From assembly GCA_016748015.1 (NCBI GenBank), contig JAAOMT010000012.1:62001-126000 (forward strand): a stretch of DNA of 64,000 nucleotides. The letters run 5' to 3'. Made by a program: the position numbers and the translations under genes. The stretch's first letter is position 1, and every line of letters starts with the position of its first letter. The notes below the pieces were generated by a model. It saw nothing but the letters and a program-made list of their open reading frames with translations. It had not been told where the DNA came from and did not search any database. Below are positions 63,474 through 64,000 of the stretch, piece by piece. This DNA is from Geosiphon pyriformis uo1 (taxonomy: Eukaryota; Fungi; Glomeromycota).

Positions 63474-63949
63474 CCCAATCTGATTGAACTTGACAAGAAA
63501 AGCTTGATCCTGATCTGCAAATAAAGATATGTGCAACCAAAAATGCGTTACACTTTTTTGATTGTGAGGCAGTGACAAAGATTAAAGATGGAATTGAGGT
63601 ATTAACGGATGAGAATGAATGGAAGGTTGTAAATTTTGGCTTTTTATTTGAATCAAAGTGAGGAGATGAAGAGTTATTGAATTTTTGGTAATCTTGTTTT
63701 TTCGAATGATTCCCATGATTTTGGATAGACTTGGAATAAGATATCGGATCCAGTGATGCACATTGAGGTTCGTATAACTTTTTAACTTTTTTTGTTTTCT
63801 TTTTCTTTTTTTTTTTTGAAGAATCCAATTGATTATTTCGTGTTTCTATTTTAAAACAGCTTCGAAATTGGGCTGATGCTTTCCTAATAGCACCACTCGA
63901 TGCAAACACGTTGGGAAAAATTGCAAATGGTCTTTGTGATAATCTCATT
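63181..63949 (+). CDS. PPCDC: Phosphopantothenoylcysteine decarboxylase (HFCD flavoprotein; PPCDC/Cab3/Hal3 family), 5' part; exons 63181-63312, 63503-63625, 63729-63767, 63860-63949; continues beyond the window
   Basis: Not in the ORF track. Spliced translation: LLIGTTGSVASIK...ICATKNALHFF...DENEWKTW...DPVMHIELRNWADAFLIAPLDANTLGKIANGLCDNL. Confidence 0.92.
63368..63472. repeat. (TTA)n microsatellite in PPCDC intron 1
   Basis: Direct read. Confidence 0.95.
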
Positions 63950-64000
63950 GTAATTTTACAATATATATATATATATATATATATATACATTGGAAAACCC

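Noticed and set aside
63385-63990. 201-aa minus-strand ORF ending in poly-Asn
   Set aside because: It is antisense to the spliced PPCDC gene, and the poly-N comes from an intronic (TTA)n microsatellite.

Overview
AT-rich eukaryotic DNA with short spliceosomal introns. The repeat families and gene style suggest an early-diverging fungus, probably Glomeromycotina (Geosiphon-like); this is an inference. Bases 1-25,200 are a nested retrotransposon island. It holds a truncated Ty3/Gypsy element, three solo LTRs, a + strand RNase-H-containing LINE interrupted by LTR insertions, and a near full-length - strand LINE. It also holds a complete but decayed ~10 kb Ty3/Gypsy element (6754-17378, - strand) with an unusual layout: gag - protease - Cys-rich unknown domain - intact dUTPase - RT/RNase H - stop - separately initiated integrase - extra ORF3, flanked by a 4-bp target duplication. 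Bases 25,780-64,000 are a compact housekeeping block: SMG1 kinase, a small TM/coiled-coil ORF, a decayed LINE relic, importin-5/Kap121, NMD3, a penta-EF-hand protein, RPA32, a divergent pair of histidine acid phosphatases (ACP6-like and MINPP1/phytase-like), a GRF zinc-finger protein, and the 5' part of PPC decarboxylase. The best candidate for an undescribed system is the dUTPase / split-integrase / ORF3 Gypsy lineage, represented here by two diverged members. Exon and element boundaries were read by eye and may be off by a few bases.
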